From: an archaeon
GTDB taxonomy: Archaea; Nanobdellota; Nanobdellia; Pacearchaeales; GW2011-AR1
DNA length: 64,000 bases
Reading direction: 5' to 3'
NCBI GenBank assembly: GCA_018694115.1
Contig: JABHNB010000005.1
Span: 374-64,373 of the forward strand
Shown: positions 48,370-58,852 of the stretch, piece by piece
How positions within the stretch are numbered: the stretch's first letter is position 1
Layout of the letters: each line of letters starts with the position of its first letter
Translations under genes and position numbers: made by a program
Notes under the pieces: generated by a model
Seen by the model: the letters and a program-made list of their open reading frames with translations, nothing else
What the model was told of the DNA's origin: nothing
Database searches by the model: none

Positions 48370-48972
48370 TCAGTTTATAAGTTTTCCTAAAACCTCGTCC
48401 TCACCCTTCCTTGACCGACCAAGGCTTCTCCCAAACCTAACCAAGATATAATTTATCGAACGCCAGTACTTCTTTGGAAAAAGCTTCTCAAGATCCTTCT
48501 CAACTTTATGGGGATTCTTATTCTTAGTCCATCCTAATTTAAACGAAATTCGCGCAACATGCGTGTCAACCCCAATAGTATCGGCCCTTCGTGCCTCTGC
48601 AAGATAAACATTCCCGACTTTCCGCCCAACTCCCGGCAATTTCAAAAGCCCATCAAGATCTTCAGGAATCCCGTCTCGAGAAATCATCCGAGCACTTTCC
48701 TTGATGTTTCGTGCCTTAGTCTTATAATAGTTAATTCGACGAATAAACTTTTCAATAGAACTCAATCGAGCAGCCCCCAACTTCTTAGCCGAAGAATATT
48801 TATCAAACAAAATTTCACAAACTGCAATCGTCGTCTCGTCCTTAGTCTGCGCAGATAAAATCGTAGAAATCAAAACCTTCCAATCTTCATCCCATTCTGC
48901 TGCCAATCTCATTTCTTGAGGGGCCAATCTATCAAGTTTCTTCAATTGTTTAATTGCCAATTTAGTATTCAT
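48370..48972 (-). CDS. nth: HhH-GPD DNA glycosylase (endonuclease III family, no Fe-S cluster)
   Basis: LPGVGRKVGNVYL...GVDTHV HhH-GPD motif. No C-terminal Cys cluster. Internal start MNTKLAIKQL (the track start at 49053 overlaps the upstream gene by 77 nt). Confidence 0.65.
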   Translation of the reverse strand: MNTKLAIKQLKKLDRLAPQEMRLAAEWDEDWKVLISTILSAQTKDETTIAVCEILFDKYSSAKKLGAARLSSIEKFIRRINYYKTKARNIKESARMISRDGIPEDLDGLLKLPGVGRKVGNVYLAEARRADTIGVDTHVARISFKLGWTKNKNPHKVEKDLEKLFPKKYWRSINYILVRFGRSLGRSRKGEDEVLGKLIN

Positions 48973-48976
48973 AATT

Positions 48977-49708
48977 TCAAAACTCCTCAAACGTAAGCTT
49001 TCGAGTTTCATCATCGAAAATCGCATAACGTCTTTCGCAAAACGCCCCCACACTTACAATATGTCTCCGATCCTTCCAGAGAACTCCCTCGTCACTAAAA
49101 GAAGTCATCGCACTTAGTGAATGAACTGAATCTCCCCTAGGAACAGAAAATGCCCTAAAGATGTGATCATGCCCCCTAAACATTACATCATAGTCCTGTT
49201 TTATCATCTCATTAAAATTGCACATCAATCTTCTTTCACCGCTAAATCCCGTAGTGCCATCGTCAATAAGTCTGCCCCATGTCTCAGGTAGATCCATCGG
49301 ATAAACGGGGTCACCAATGAGTGCTCCATGGACATAAACATAATTTTGATCAAATCTATGGATAACTTTTACACCATGCAAAATGCCATCAAAAACTTCC
49401 GAAGCTCCTCTAACAAAATCTCCAGAAGGATTATCTCCCCAAAGTTCAAAATATTCCTCTTGACTATGCTCTAGTCCGTGTGAATAAACGTTTCTCCCAA
49501 AAGCAAAATCAACATCGTGATTTCCTACAAGAATAACTTTTTTCAAACCATCCACCGGAAAACTAACCTGAATAATCTCCTCCAAGATTGAGGGATCATC
49601 ATAGTCTCCCATAAAAACAACTCTCTCAACACCTTCGTCCCTAACTAAGGCCTCAGCTTTTTCAATGGGACTAATCCCGTGAAAGTCGGATAACAATGCA
49701 ATTTTCAT
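48977..49708 (-). CDS. calcineurin-like metallophosphoesterase
   Basis: LSDFHG, MGDYDD, GNHD and GHDH motifs. Confidence 0.6.
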   Translation of the reverse strand: MKIALLSDFHGISPIEKAEALVRDEGVERVVFMGDYDDPSILEEIIQVSFPVDGLKKVILVGNHDVDFAFGRNVYSHGLEHSQEEYFELWGDNPSGDFVRGASEVFDGILHGVKVIHRFDQNYVYVHGALIGDPVYPMDLPETWGRLIDDGTTGFSGERRLMCNFNEMIKQDYDVMFRGHDHIFRAFSVPRGDSVHSLSAMTSFSDEGVLWKDRRHIVSVGAFCERRYAIFDDETRKLTFEEF

Positions 49709-49730
49709 TTTTTATTACTCCAAGAATAAA

Positions 49731-51020
49731 CTACTTCTTCTTTCCAATAATCTTCTTTCCGCCCATGTAGGGCTGTAGCACCTTGGGAATATTAATAGAA
49801 CCGTCTTTGTTTTGGTTATTTTCTAGAATAGCAACCATCATCCTGGATGTTGCAAGGGCAGTATCATTCAGGGTGTGTAAAACTCCTCGAGTCTTCCCAT
49901 CCTTTGATACATATCTTATTCCCAACTTACGTGCCTGATATTCGGTACAATTAGATAGGGAAACAACTTCGCCATAACCTTTAGTTGTAGGCCTCCAAAC
50001 TTCAAGATCTGCACTTCGATATTTCCAATCCGCCAAATCTCCAGTACAAAGTTCTAAAACTCGGTATGGCAACCCCAATGCATTCAGAACTTTTTCGGAA
50101 TTTGCTAGCAATTCATCATAAAGTTTTTCAGAATCTTCAGGCATACAAAAAATAAACTGCTCAACCTTATTGAATTGGTGAGTCCTCCACAATCCCTTCT
50201 CATTTATCCCATGAGCTCCAATCTCCTTTCTAAAACACATCGAATAAGAAAAATATTTCTTAGGTAAATCCTGTTCAGAAATAGTATCTTCAGAATGCAT
50301 TGCAAGAAGTGACTGCTCTGCAGTCCCAATTAATCCCTTTCCCTCTCCCTCAACTTCATAAACAGACTCGCTAATTGCTTCCTTATCCATAGAAGCATAA
50401 ATTTGTTTTTCATTAAGCATTAGTGGAGTTTCAATATAATCATATCCAGCATTAACCATAAAATCAATTCCAAATCTAATCAATGCCTGATTCAGCAAAG
50501 CTAAATCTCCCTTCAAATAATAAAATCCTTTTCCAGCAACCTTTGCAGAAGAATCAAAATCTGCAAGCCCTAGTCCCTCTGTAAGCTCAACATGATTTTT
50601 TATATCAAAATTAAATTTTGGAATCTTTCCACATTTCTTAATTTCAACATTATCTTCATCGCCCTTTCCGCTAGGAACTCCATCCCAGATTATATTGGGA
50701 ATCCTTAACATGATCTCCTTAATTTTTCCATAAAATACCTCTGCCTTAGCTTCGATCTTATCAATCTTTCCAGGAATTTCCTTGGCTTTAACAATCAACT
50801 TTTTAGCATCAGCTTTCTTTCCATTCTTCATCAAGCCATTAATCTGCTCAGAAATCTTATTTCTCTCGGATCTTAGATCATCTGCCTTCTTTTTCTCTTT
50901 TCTCCATTTAATATCTAGTTCTGCAACTTCATCTACAAGTGGAAGTTTTTCATCTTGAAACTTCTTCTTAATATTCTCCTTAACTATTTCGGGGCTTTCC
51001 CTGATAAGCTTAATATCTAT
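49731..51020 (-). CDS. serS: seryl-tRNA synthetase
   Basis: N-terminal coiled-coil arm. Class II core motifs (GYDYIETPLM, FRKE...G, RTHQF). Likely start MIDIKLIRE (the track extends 15 aa further upstream). Confidence 0.8.
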   Translation of the reverse strand: MDIKLIRESPEIVKENIKKKFQDEKLPLVDEVAELDIKWRKEKKKADDLRSERNKISEQINGLMKNGKKADAKKLIVKAKEIPGKIDKIEAKAEVFYGKIKEIMLRIPNIIWDGVPSGKGDEDNVEIKKCGKIPKFNFDIKNHVELTEGLGLADFDSSAKVAGKGFYYLKGDLALLNQALIRFGIDFMVNAGYDYIETPLMLNEKQIYASMDKEAISESVYEVEGEGKGLIGTAEQSLLAMHSEDTISEQDLPKKYFSYSMCFRKEIGAHGINEKGLWRTHQFNKVEQFIFCMPEDSEKLYDELLANSEKVLNALGLPYRVLELCTGDLADWKYRSADLEVWRPTTKGYGEVVSLSNCTEYQARKLGIRYVSKDGKTRGVLHTLNDTALATSRMMVAILENNQNKDGSINIPKVLQPYMGGKKIIGKKK

Positions 51021-51073
51021 CATGTTCAAAGAACAATCATAAGATATATAAAACTTTCCAGTCACAATTCTTC

Positions 51074-51781
51074 ATGAGGGACGAAAAAGATTTAACAAAG
51101 AGGATAAAAAATTCATTTAGGGCAGGAAAGTCAAGAGCAGAAATTATCCGGGGTCTCCAAGCACGAGGATGTAAATTAGAATATGCCGATGCTTTGATCA
51201 ATAGAGCAAAAATTCCAAAAAGAGTTATGGTTTCAACACTAATCGTCGCGGTCTTAATCGTCGTTTCATTATCTGTAGGATATGCTCTAAACATTGGGGC
51301 AGAAAAACATCACCTCCAAAACCCCCTAACTGGGAATGTAATCTTTTCAGGACAATCTCCTGTGGAAGTTAATATTGCGGAACAAACATCTGGGCCATCA
51401 CAGAGGATAGCAATTGATGAAATAGAGATTACTCCCGAATTTATTTCCTATCTCCTAAACGAAATCGGTGCGTGGGAACTCCATAAAAATCCGCTAACTT
51501 TTGAGGAACCGATAATTAATTTCAAAATAGGGAATAAAAATTTCTATTCAAAAATTTCTGAACATATCCCACAAACTTTCCCTGGATTAAGCGATAATGC
51601 AGATTTGCAGTTCAATACAAACAAAGAAGACATCATTAAAGCAACAAGTTCACAATCGCCCCGAGAAGTCTTCAAAGATTCTTTAGCCAATGGTGGAACA
51701 AAAATCACTACTCTCGTCGGTGAAACCGAACTTTTCGCAAAAGGATATCTGAAATTATATGAAGATTTGAAGGATTTTTAA
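51074..51781 (+). CDS. hypothetical membrane-anchored protein
   Basis: Single N-proximal TM helix (VSTLIVAVLIVVSLSVGY). Confidence 0.35.
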   Translation: MRDEKDLTKRIKNSFRAGKSRAEIIRGLQARGCKLEYADALINRAKIPKRVMVSTLIVAVLIVVSLSVGYALNIGAEKHHLQNPLTGNVIFSGQSPVEVNIAEQTSGPSQRIAIDEIEITPEFISYLLNEIGAWELHKNPLTFEEPIINFKIGNKNFYSKISEHIPQTFPGLSDNADLQFNTNKEDIIKATSSQSPREVFKDSLANGGTKITTLVGETELFAKGYLKLYEDLKDF

Positions 51782-51880
51782 TTTGTCCGCTACCACTTTG
51801 AAATTATCTGTTCCTACTCTCTAATTTTCTGTATCTACTCCTCGTGGACGATTTTTCGGGGAAAGGCTTATAAGTAAAAT

Positions 51881-52192
51881 ATGACTCTAATATATACATT
51901 AGAACATATATGTTCAAAAGATACTATGGGAGACAATTTCGACTTATTTTTCAGAAGAAAACCAGCCTTGATGCTGATTGCCTTAAAGAAAGTTTCACGT
52001 GCAAAGTACGGTTCTATCTTGGCAAAGGAAGTTGACTGCACATATAGCCATGCAGTAAAGATTCTACAGACTCTTGAAGAAATTGGATTAGTAGTCTTCG
52101 AAAAGAAGGGAAGAATCAAGATTATCCGATTAACAAAGAAAGGTGAGGATGTTGCAAACGCAATTGAATCAATTAAGAAGATTGTTATCTAA
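51881..52192 (+). CDS. small winged-helix transcription regulator
   Basis: 103-aa HTH-like protein (ILAKEVDCTYSHAVKILQTLEEIGLVVFEKKGRIKIIRLTKKG). Lies directly upstream of tRNA-Lys. Confidence 0.45.
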   Translation: MTLIYTLEHICSKDTMGDNFDLFFRRKPALMLIALKKVSRAKYGSILAKEVDCTYSHAVKILQTLEEIGLVVFEKKGRIKIIRLTKKGEDVANAIESIKKIVI

Positions 52193-52246
52193 TTATCCTC
52201 TCACAAAACTTTTTAAATCAATTTTTCTCAATTAGTTTAGCATAAT

Positions 52247-52321
52247 GGCTTCATAGCTCAGCCTGGTCAGAGCACTAGACTCTTAATCTAGGTGTCGGGG
52301 GTTCAAATCCCCCTGAGGCCA
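52247..52321 (+). tRNA. tRNA-Lys (anticodon CUU)
   Basis: Cloverleaf GGCUUCA-UA-GCUC...GAGC-A-CUAGA-CUCUUAA-UCUAG-GUGUC-GGGGG-UUCAAAU-CCCCC-UGAGGCC-A. No encoded CCA. Coordinates +/-2. Confidence 0.8.
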
Positions 52322-52443
52322 TTTGAAACACCGACAGTCGGGGGCGAGAATTTCGCTTTGAGTAAAACAATCCTTAAGATTTTTACGAAATGCAAAATTT
52401 GAGTAGAATCCCCCTGAGGCCATTTGAAACACCGACAGTCGGA
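52306..52443. repeat. 36-bp perfect direct repeat (tRNA-Lys 3' end plus 21 nt downstream), att-like
   Basis: aatccccctgaggccatttgaaacaccgacagtcgg occurs at ~52306-52341 and again at ~52407-52442. The downstream part contains the palindrome ccgacagtcgg. Confidence 0.7.
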
Positions 52444-52482
52444 CATAATCTCCTCCCGACCACAAATCCACTGCTAGAAATA

Positions 52483-52791
52483 TTAGTCATCAACCCTATT
52501 TACGTTCTTACACTTAGTACACTTATAGAACTTTGATTCAGCTTCGTCTCCAGACCTCATTTGCCGAGTCCAGAAATATGCCTTATTATTTTTACACTTC
52601 CTACACTTATATTCAGTAATTGGATAAACCTCGCCCTGCTTCTCATTAACAACTGCAACTTGAGTACCTTCATTAATTTCCTCTTTAATTTCCATCTTTA
52701 CCTTTCCAGAAGCCATATACTTACATCTAGGACACCCAAACTTGGTCTTCTTCATCATTAAAATTGCACCACATTTCGGACAAAATTCCAT
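52483..52791 (-). CDS. tfs: transcription factor S (TFS) / RNAP subunit M-like, TFIIS-type Zn ribbon
   Basis: N-terminal CPKCG...CPRC. C-terminal CRKC...RSGDEAESKFYKCTKC with the acidic SGDE hairpin loop. Confidence 0.8.
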   Translation of the reverse strand: MEFCPKCGAILMMKKTKFGCPRCKYMASGKVKMEIKEEINEGTQVAVVNEKQGEVYPITEYKCRKCKNNKAYFWTRQMRSGDEAESKFYKCTKCKNVNRVDD

Positions 52792-52837
52792 CTTTTAGCT
52801 TAATTCTCAAGACTTTTAAATGTTTAGCATAGAAAAA

Positions 52838-53434
52838 TTACCTACAAAGGCCTCGATTTCGAGAGTCTCTAGTGCCCTCAAAGAAAATCAACTTAGCCCA
52901 CCCAATAAATGGGACCCTGAATAGCGCCTTTCCAATAATTCTTTCCTCTGGAATATCCATCTCTGATGAAAGCAGGCCCCCATTTGTCTTATAATTATCT
53001 CCTTTAGTCGTAAATTTTTCATCAACGGAGATCAATCGATGGATTAATGGATGATTTTGGCCTCCATCAAAAATGATAACATCCCCAACCTCCAAATTCT
53101 TGGGCCCAACAACAAAGATAACATCTCCCTTTGAGAACCCGTTTTGAAAAATCCAGCTTCCAGTATCTTCTAACGAAATTCCAAAATTCCCATATATTTC
53201 GCTGACAAATGTCTGCTCAAACCCCGGTTCTTCATGATACATCGAACAACTCTCTACGATAACTAGCGGAAGGGCAGTACCTGTTAAAAGAGAGAGAGTT
53301 GGAAAGAAGATGAATTTGATAAAGATGAATGCCAAGACAAGAGTAACTACGAATGAAGACCAAGAATCATCATTCAGGAATTTCCAAAACCTCTTCGTAT
53401 ATTCCGTAGGGGTATTAGTCACCATTCCCAACAT
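52838..53434 (-). CDS. signal peptidase I (archaeal Sec11/S26 type)
   Basis: N-terminal TM. Catalytic-Ser region VIVESCSMYH. GDVIIF and HRLI boxes. Confidence 0.55.
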   Translation of the reverse strand: MLGMVTNTPTEYTKRFWKFLNDDSWSSFVVTLVLAFIFIKFIFFPTLSLLTGTALPLVIVESCSMYHEEPGFEQTFVSEIYGNFGISLEDTGSWIFQNGFSKGDVIFVVGPKNLEVGDVIIFDGGQNHPLIHRLISVDEKFTTKGDNYKTNGGLLSSEMDIPEERIIGKALFRVPFIGWAKLIFFEGTRDSRNRGLCR

Positions 53435-53508
53435 ACGTTAAAATGCTTTATAATATTAATGGAAACTATCCGCAAACATTTATAAAGTATATACTTGTTC
53501 GTATACAC

Positions 53509-54000
53509 ATGGAAGATATATTTAGTAATACAATATTATGCGGCAAGTGTAACAAAAAAATGAGGCCAGGATTAATAACCCGAAATGGTTTCAATTTAAG
53601 AACTGTGAAATGCGAAAGTTGTGGAAAATCAATCGTTCATCCAGAAGATAAACGAGAATATGAAGAATTTATAAAATTAAAACAAAAGGAATACAATGTT
53701 AAGATGAGGATGGTTGGGAATTCTTATGCGGTTTCAATTCCCCGGGAAATTGTAGATTTTATGCAGGAACAAGAAAACATGGTGAACAACATGGTAAGGC
53801 TCTGCTTTGAAGAAGCAGGAAAAATAAGTTTAGACTTTGATTCAAACAATCCTCAAAAACCAAGAGTTCTAAGATCTGAAGAAGTAAGAGTAGTAAAAAA
53901 TGGAAAACCCGTTTATCACGTAAAGAAAATCTCCGATTCTGCAGATCCCCAAAAGAATAAAACAAAAGTCTTTAAAGCAAAGGAAGGAGAAGATTACTAA
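53509..54000 (+). CDS. Zn-ribbon + AbrB/SpoVT (swapped-hairpin) domain protein
   Basis: CGKCN...CESCGK, then MRMVGNSYAVSIPREIVDFM AbrB-like motif. Internal start MEDIF (the track starts at 53443). Confidence 0.4.
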   Translation: MEDIFSNTILCGKCNKKMRPGLITRNGFNLRTVKCESCGKSIVHPEDKREYEEFIKLKQKEYNVKMRMVGNSYAVSIPREIVDFMQEQENMVNNMVRLCFEEAGKISLDFDSNNPQKPRVLRSEEVRVVKNGKPVYHVKKISDSADPQKNKTKVFKAKEGEDY

Positions 54001-56315
54001 TGGCAGAAAAAATAAAGCAAGATAAAACAATAAAACTTAGGGTAGTTGAATCACTCCAAGATGATGCGTATAAGGGTATTGCAAGAATTGATCCATCACT
54101 AATGAAAAAGCTTGAACTTGAACGGGGCGATATCATTTTAGTAAGGGGTGAAAGAGATACATATTCTGTTGTTGATCATGCATATCCTGCAGATCGTGGA
54201 GAAGAAATAATTAGAATTGATGGAATAACTAGAAAGAATTCAAAGACAGGAATTGGAGAACAAGTTGAGATAAAAAAAGCAAAGATAAGAGAAGCAAAAA
54301 AGATTACAATTGCTCCGGCCCAACAGGGAATTGTGGTTAGGGGAGATCCAGATAATTTTAAGAGAGGACTTCTTGGAAAACCAGTTACAAAAGGAGATAT
54401 TGTCGTAATGGGTGGAACTCAGAGAAGAAGAGACCTAATGTCTGAAGATATGGGGGATATGTTTGGGGACTTTGGAGAGATCTTTAACCAGATGGGATTC
54501 GGGGGAGGAATGCCGGGAGGATTAACTCAAATCAGATTTGCAATAGTTTCAACCAACCCAAACCAACCAGTGATAATCACAGAAAATACTCAAATAACAT
54601 TAAGTCCAAAAGCAGTTGACATCTCAGAAGAAGCAATACCTCAGATAACTTATGAAGACATCGGAGGATTAAAGGAAGAAGTAAAGAAAGTTAGGGAGAT
54701 GGTTGAGCTTCCGCTTAAGCGTCCAGAAATCTTTGCACGTCTGGGAATTGAACCACCAAAGGGAGTTCTACTTTACGGTCCACCAGGAACGGGTAAGACA
54801 CTTCTTGCAAAAGCTGTAGCAAACGAATCCGAAGCACATTTCATTCTTTTGAATGGTCCAGAAATAATGTCCAAGTTCTATGGAGAATCTGAAAAGAAAA
54901 TCCGAGAAATATTTGATGAGGCTGAAAAGAATGCACCTTCGATTATTTTTATAGATGAGATAGACGCAATTGCACCAAAGAGAGAAGAAGTCGGCGGGGA
55001 AGTAGAGAGAAGAGTAGTTTCTCAACTTCTAACAATGATGGACGGATTACAATCCCGAGGAAAGGTAGTAGTTATCGGAGCAACAAATAGGCCTAATGCA
55101 CTTGATCCTGCACTAAGACGTCCCGGAAGATTTGATCGAGAAGTGGAAATTTCCGTGCCTGACAAAGAAGGAAGACTACAAGTTCTTAAAATCCACACGA
55201 GGGGAATGCCATTAACAAAGAATGTGGATTTAACAAAGATTGCATCAAAGACTCATGGTTTCGTTGGAGCAGATTTACAATCTTTAGCAAAGGAAGCAGC
55301 AATGGCCGTTCTTAGAAAGCATATTCATAAGTTCAATCTAGAAGAAGATGAAGAAATTCCTAAGGAAGTTCTCGATGTATTAAAAATCTCTATGAAAGAT
55401 TTTGACGAAGCTCTAAAAGTTGTTCGGCCGTCAGCAATGAGAGAAGTACTCGTTGAAACTCCAGACATTAGTTGGGAAGATATTGGTGGCGTAGAAACTG
55501 TCAAGCAAGATCTGAAAGAAGCTGTTGAGTGGCCAATGAAATTCCCAGAATCATTTACAAGAATGGGTATCCGCCCACCAAGAGGAATATTACTTTACGG
55601 TCCACCAGGAACGGGTAAGACACTTCTTGCAAAAGCTGTAGCAAACGAATCCGAAGCAAACTTCATCCTTGTAAAGGGTCCAGAATTATTGAGTATGTGG
55701 GTTGGAAAATCTGAGGAAGGTGTAAGAAAGATTTTTGAGAGAGCAAGACAGGTTTCACCTTGTATTGTTTTCTTCGATGAAATAGATTCACTTGCTGGAA
55801 AGCGAGGTCAAGGTTTTGGTGGTGGTGCAAAAGTAACTGAAAATGTTCTAAATCAACTATTGTCCGAGATGGATGGAATTGAAGATCTAAGTAATGTAAT
55901 TGTTATCGGAGCAACAAATCGACCAGATATGCTTGACTCTGCATTAATGCGTCCTGGAAGATTTGATAGAATTGTTTATGTTGGAGTTCCGGGCAAGGAA
56001 GGAAGAGAAATGATTCTAAAAATCCACACAAAGAATATGCCAATAGATAAATCTGTAAACCTAAAGAAACTTGCAGAAGAAACAGAAGGCTATACTGGAG
56101 CAGATCTAGAATCCCTTACCAGGGAAGCAGCAATGCTCGCACTTCGAGAAGATCTTAATACAAAGAACGTCACAAAGAAAGATTTCGATAAGGCAATGGA
56201 GAAGGTAGTAGCTTCAGTTTCTAAAGCCGACGTTGAAAGGTATAAACAAGTTGAACAGCAATATCTTAGAAGTGCAAAAGCGGCATTAGCTGAAAAGGCA
56301 ACTTATGCCGGTTAA
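54000..56315 (+). CDS. cdc48: CDC48/VCP-like AAA+ ATPase (two AAA domains)
   Basis: N-domain. D1 and D2 each carry GPPGTGKT Walker A, DEID Walker B and SRH regions. Confidence 0.9.
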   Translation: MAEKIKQDKTIKLRVVESLQDDAYKGIARIDPSLMKKLELERGDIILVRGERDTYSVVDHAYPADRGEEIIRIDGITRKNSKTGIGEQVEIKKAKIREAKKITIAPAQQGIVVRGDPDNFKRGLLGKPVTKGDIVVMGGTQRRRDLMSEDMGDMFGDFGEIFNQMGFGGGMPGGLTQIRFAIVSTNPNQPVIITENTQITLSPKAVDISEEAIPQITYEDIGGLKEEVKKVREMVELPLKRPEIFARLGIEPPKGVLLYGPPGTGKTLLAKAVANESEAHFILLNGPEIMSKFYGESEKKIREIFDEAEKNAPSIIFIDEIDAIAPKREEVGGEVERRVVSQLLTMMDGLQSRGKVVVIGATNRPNALDPALRRPGRFDREVEISVPDKEGRLQVLKIHTRGMPLTKNVDLTKIASKTHGFVGADLQSLAKEAAMAVLRKHIHKFNLEEDEEIPKEVLDVLKISMKDFDEALKVVRPSAMREVLVETPDISWEDIGGVETVKQDLKEAVEWPMKFPESFTRMGIRPPRGILLYGPPGTGKTLLAKAVANESEANFILVKGPELLSMWVGKSEEGVRKIFERARQVSPCIVFFDEIDSLAGKRGQGFGGGAKVTENVLNQLLSEMDGIEDLSNVIVIGATNRPDMLDSALMRPGRFDRIVYVGVPGKEGREMILKIHTKNMPIDKSVNLKKLAEETEGYTGADLESLTREAAMLALREDLNTKNVTKKDFDKAMEKVVASVSKADVERYKQVEQQYLRSAKAALAEKATYAG

Positions 56316-56671
56316 TCCATCTCGAGAATATCGTCCTTAGGCAACATCAGAGCTACTACATTTTTTAATGAATCATCTAATCCATTAATCTTAAGCTTGA
56401 AACCTCGCTTTTTCTTAATGCCTCGCGAATTAAGCAATGCACCAATACCTGCACAATCAAGTTCCCGGATATTTGATAAGTCTAGAAAAACATCTCCGGG
56501 ATGATGCCTAACATATTGTTTCAATTCCCTATCAAATGATTCAACATCCGATTTATGAATCCCTTGCCGATAGTTTGCCCAGTGGACGGTTCCCGGAAGA
56601 TCCTCGACGATATATGGCCGCTTAGCACGTAACTTCACAAGTTTCTTGCTTACCTTCGGATTCATTATCAT
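56312..56671 (-). CDS. hypothetical protein, possible STAS-like fold
   Basis: VFLDLSNIRELDCAGIGALLN pattern reminiscent of a STAS/SpoIIAA fold. Confidence 0.3.
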   Translation of the reverse strand: MIMNPKVSKKLVKLRAKRPYIVEDLPGTVHWANYRQGIHKSDVESFDRELKQYVRHHPGDVFLDLSNIRELDCAGIGALLNSRGIKKKRGFKLKINGLDDSLKNVVALMLPKDDILEMD

Positions 56672-57579
56672 TCTGTTGTTACCTCCACCTTGTCACCATA
56701 AATCAAAAATGTATTCTCTGCTTGAGAAACTGGTGCCTTACTCTTCTCAACAAGAACCGGATAGTTATGGAGAATTCCTTGCTTAACAAGCACGGATAAG
56801 GCGAAATTCACTTTGCTAAATCCTTCATCAACTAACCATCGTCTACAGAAAGGTCGAGTTTTATAATTCTCTTTAATAAATTTGAGGATTTCTCTAGCAT
56901 CCCCATCGCGGACCTGAGCATCAGAAACTAATCCATAGATCTCTCCAACCTTGCCCTCGTAAATATCTCCATCACCAGATGTCAAAAAGGGCTCAATCGC
57001 AAAGGCCATATCATTAAGTTCAGCATCATTCTCATTAGGATAGTTGGAAATAGTCAGGCCTGCATGGATTGTATCTTCCGCAAGTGAATGGCCCGATAAA
57101 CTTCTAATCACCGAAAATTCGGTTTCATTGTCTTCGTTGAATTTCTTGAGACTTTTCTGAACTGCCTTTCCAACATCCATAACTTTCATTCCCGGTCGAA
57201 CAATCTCAGTCGCACTTGCCAAAACTCCTTTATTTGCTTCAATCAAATCTTTAAATTCTCCATCTGGAGTCAAATCAATACTAATCGCGGTATCTGCAAT
57301 AAATCCTTCAACAGAAATCCCAATATCAATCTTCAATATTCCTTCTGCAATAGTTTCATCTTCTGGATCCGGAGTATAATGTGCTGCAATCTCATTTAGC
57401 GAAAGATTTACGGGGAATGCAGGTTCTCCCCCAAGTTCACGAATTTTCTTTTCAATCTGCTCAGCTATTTCTAATAATTTCACGCCAGGTTTAACAAAGC
57501 TTCTCACAAAGCGCTTTACCTCTACGGCAATTTCGCCCGCCTTCTGATAAGCAGATATTTCATTTTCTTCCATAATCAT
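56668..57579 (-). CDS. map: methionine aminopeptidase type 2 (archaeal)
   Basis: Pita-bread fold pattern with the AHYTP motif. Confidence 0.75.
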   Translation of the reverse strand: MIMEENEISAYQKAGEIAVEVKRFVRSFVKPGVKLLEIAEQIEKKIRELGGEPAFPVNLSLNEIAAHYTPDPEDETIAEGILKIDIGISVEGFIADTAISIDLTPDGEFKDLIEANKGVLASATEIVRPGMKVMDVGKAVQKSLKKFNEDNETEFSVIRSLSGHSLAEDTIHAGLTISNYPNENDAELNDMAFAIEPFLTSGDGDIYEGKVGEIYGLVSDAQVRDGDAREILKFIKENYKTRPFCRRWLVDEGFSKVNFALSVLVKQGILHNYPVLVEKSKAPVSQAENTFLIYGDKVEVTTE

Positions 57580-57650
57580 CCATGTTTTGAGGCTTTTTTA
57601 AGATTATGGGCCGTAGAAAAAGTTAAATAACTACCCGGCTTCCCAAATTA

Positions 57651-58361
57651 ATGGGAATTCGAAAGGCGTATGAGAAATTAGTTGTAGCAGGTCTAGAAAT
57701 TGTTCAGAGTATAGCTGGCCGAAGCAGATATGTTCCGAGGGCAGAACTTGACAAAGCTCAAGAGAAAATTGGATATGCCGAAAAAATGTGTGCGGATATA
57801 ACAGAAACCCTAGATGCAAGATCTGAAGATCTAAAAACCACTTCAAAGTCCCTAAACAATCATATCGTTGATCGAATCGGACTTGAAAGAAGAATTAAGG
57901 AACAAGATCACCTCCTTCAACATCAAAAACTTAAAATAAGGAATCTTAGAACTGCAGATAAGAAAGATTTCGAAGAGATCTTTAATGGAAAACCTCACGG
58001 AAGGCCAGCATTAGCCTTTGCCACGGGTCTGGGAGAGATTTATCTTCAAAACCAATCTGCAACAAACCTTACTGGGGGAGATTTTTGTGGAGTAAATCTT
58101 TCTAATCAAATTCCATTTGGCGAGCTTCAGGAAGGGGGCTATGGAGTAATGATAAATGGCGGAAGATATAATGCATTTCCAAAAGCCTTACCTAGCGGAA
58201 GGTATAAGATAATTTTTAAGAAGCCTGGAATCTTTCAAAAAATGGCCCATAAAAAAAATCCTTCTCATGAAGATCTTGTTCAAAAAGGTAGCGTCCTCAA
58301 ATCCCAAGCCCGTGCAGAAGTTGCTAAACGTCAAGCACGAAAAACCGCAGAAACAGCTTAA
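57651..58361 (+). CDS. hypothetical protein
   Basis: 236-aa ORF. GC looks slightly higher than its neighbours. No motif. Confidence 0.35.
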   Translation: MGIRKAYEKLVVAGLEIVQSIAGRSRYVPRAELDKAQEKIGYAEKMCADITETLDARSEDLKTTSKSLNNHIVDRIGLERRIKEQDHLLQHQKLKIRNLRTADKKDFEEIFNGKPHGRPALAFATGLGEIYLQNQSATNLTGGDFCGVNLSNQIPFGELQEGGYGVMINGGRYNAFPKALPSGRYKIIFKKPGIFQKMAHKKNPSHEDLVQKGSVLKSQARAEVAKRQARKTAETA

Positions 58362-58852
58362 TTTTTTCTTCGTCTTTCTTTAGGCAGGAATCCATAAAGT
58401 ACTTTTCCTTCCCCATCTAATTTTCCAGTTCCAATTAAATCTTTTCCATCAGCAGATTGAACTGCTACAAATTTTCCCTCAACTCCCCCTGATTGTCCAG
58501 CGTCCAATTCGATATTCTTTCCTCTGAACCAAAGTTCTTCTTGTTCCTCACTCAATTTCAAAATATTCCCATCAATCTGATCTTTCCAAGTGTGTAGTCC
58601 ATCAACACTCAATCGAACTTCCCGAACCCCCGACCGATTAACCATATCTTTCCCAACATAAAGTCCGATCCCTTCAAACGGCAAGATCATCCATAACTCC
58701 ATTATCTCTTCCTTAGACAAATTCCCCGAATATGCCCGAATCCTTTCTCTTCCCGTTCGAATCAAAAGCTCAGGAATCTTTTTCATCCCCAAGTCTTCAA
58801 CTCCGGCTATGAATTTCTTCTTCTTTGTTTTGTCTAATATTGATATTTTCAT
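58358..58852 (-). CDS. possible PUA-domain RNA-binding protein (Nip7-like)
   Basis: The C-terminal half (LWFRGKNIELDAG...VAVQSADGKDLIGTGKLD) fits a PUA beta-barrel pattern. Confidence 0.3.
   Translation of the reverse strand: MKISILDKTKKKKFIAGVEDLGMKKIPELLIRTGRERIRAYSGNLSKEEIMELWMILPFEGIGLYVGKDMVNRSGVREVRLSVDGLHTWKDQIDGNILKLSEEQEELWFRGKNIELDAGQSGGVEGKFVAVQSADGKDLIGTGKLDGEGKVLYGFLPKERRRKN

Noticed and set aside
52306-52443. Possible CRISPR array (36-bp repeat)
   Set aside because: Only two copies. The repeat includes the 3' end of tRNA-Lys. No cas genes and no leader. It fits an att-like tRNA duplication instead.
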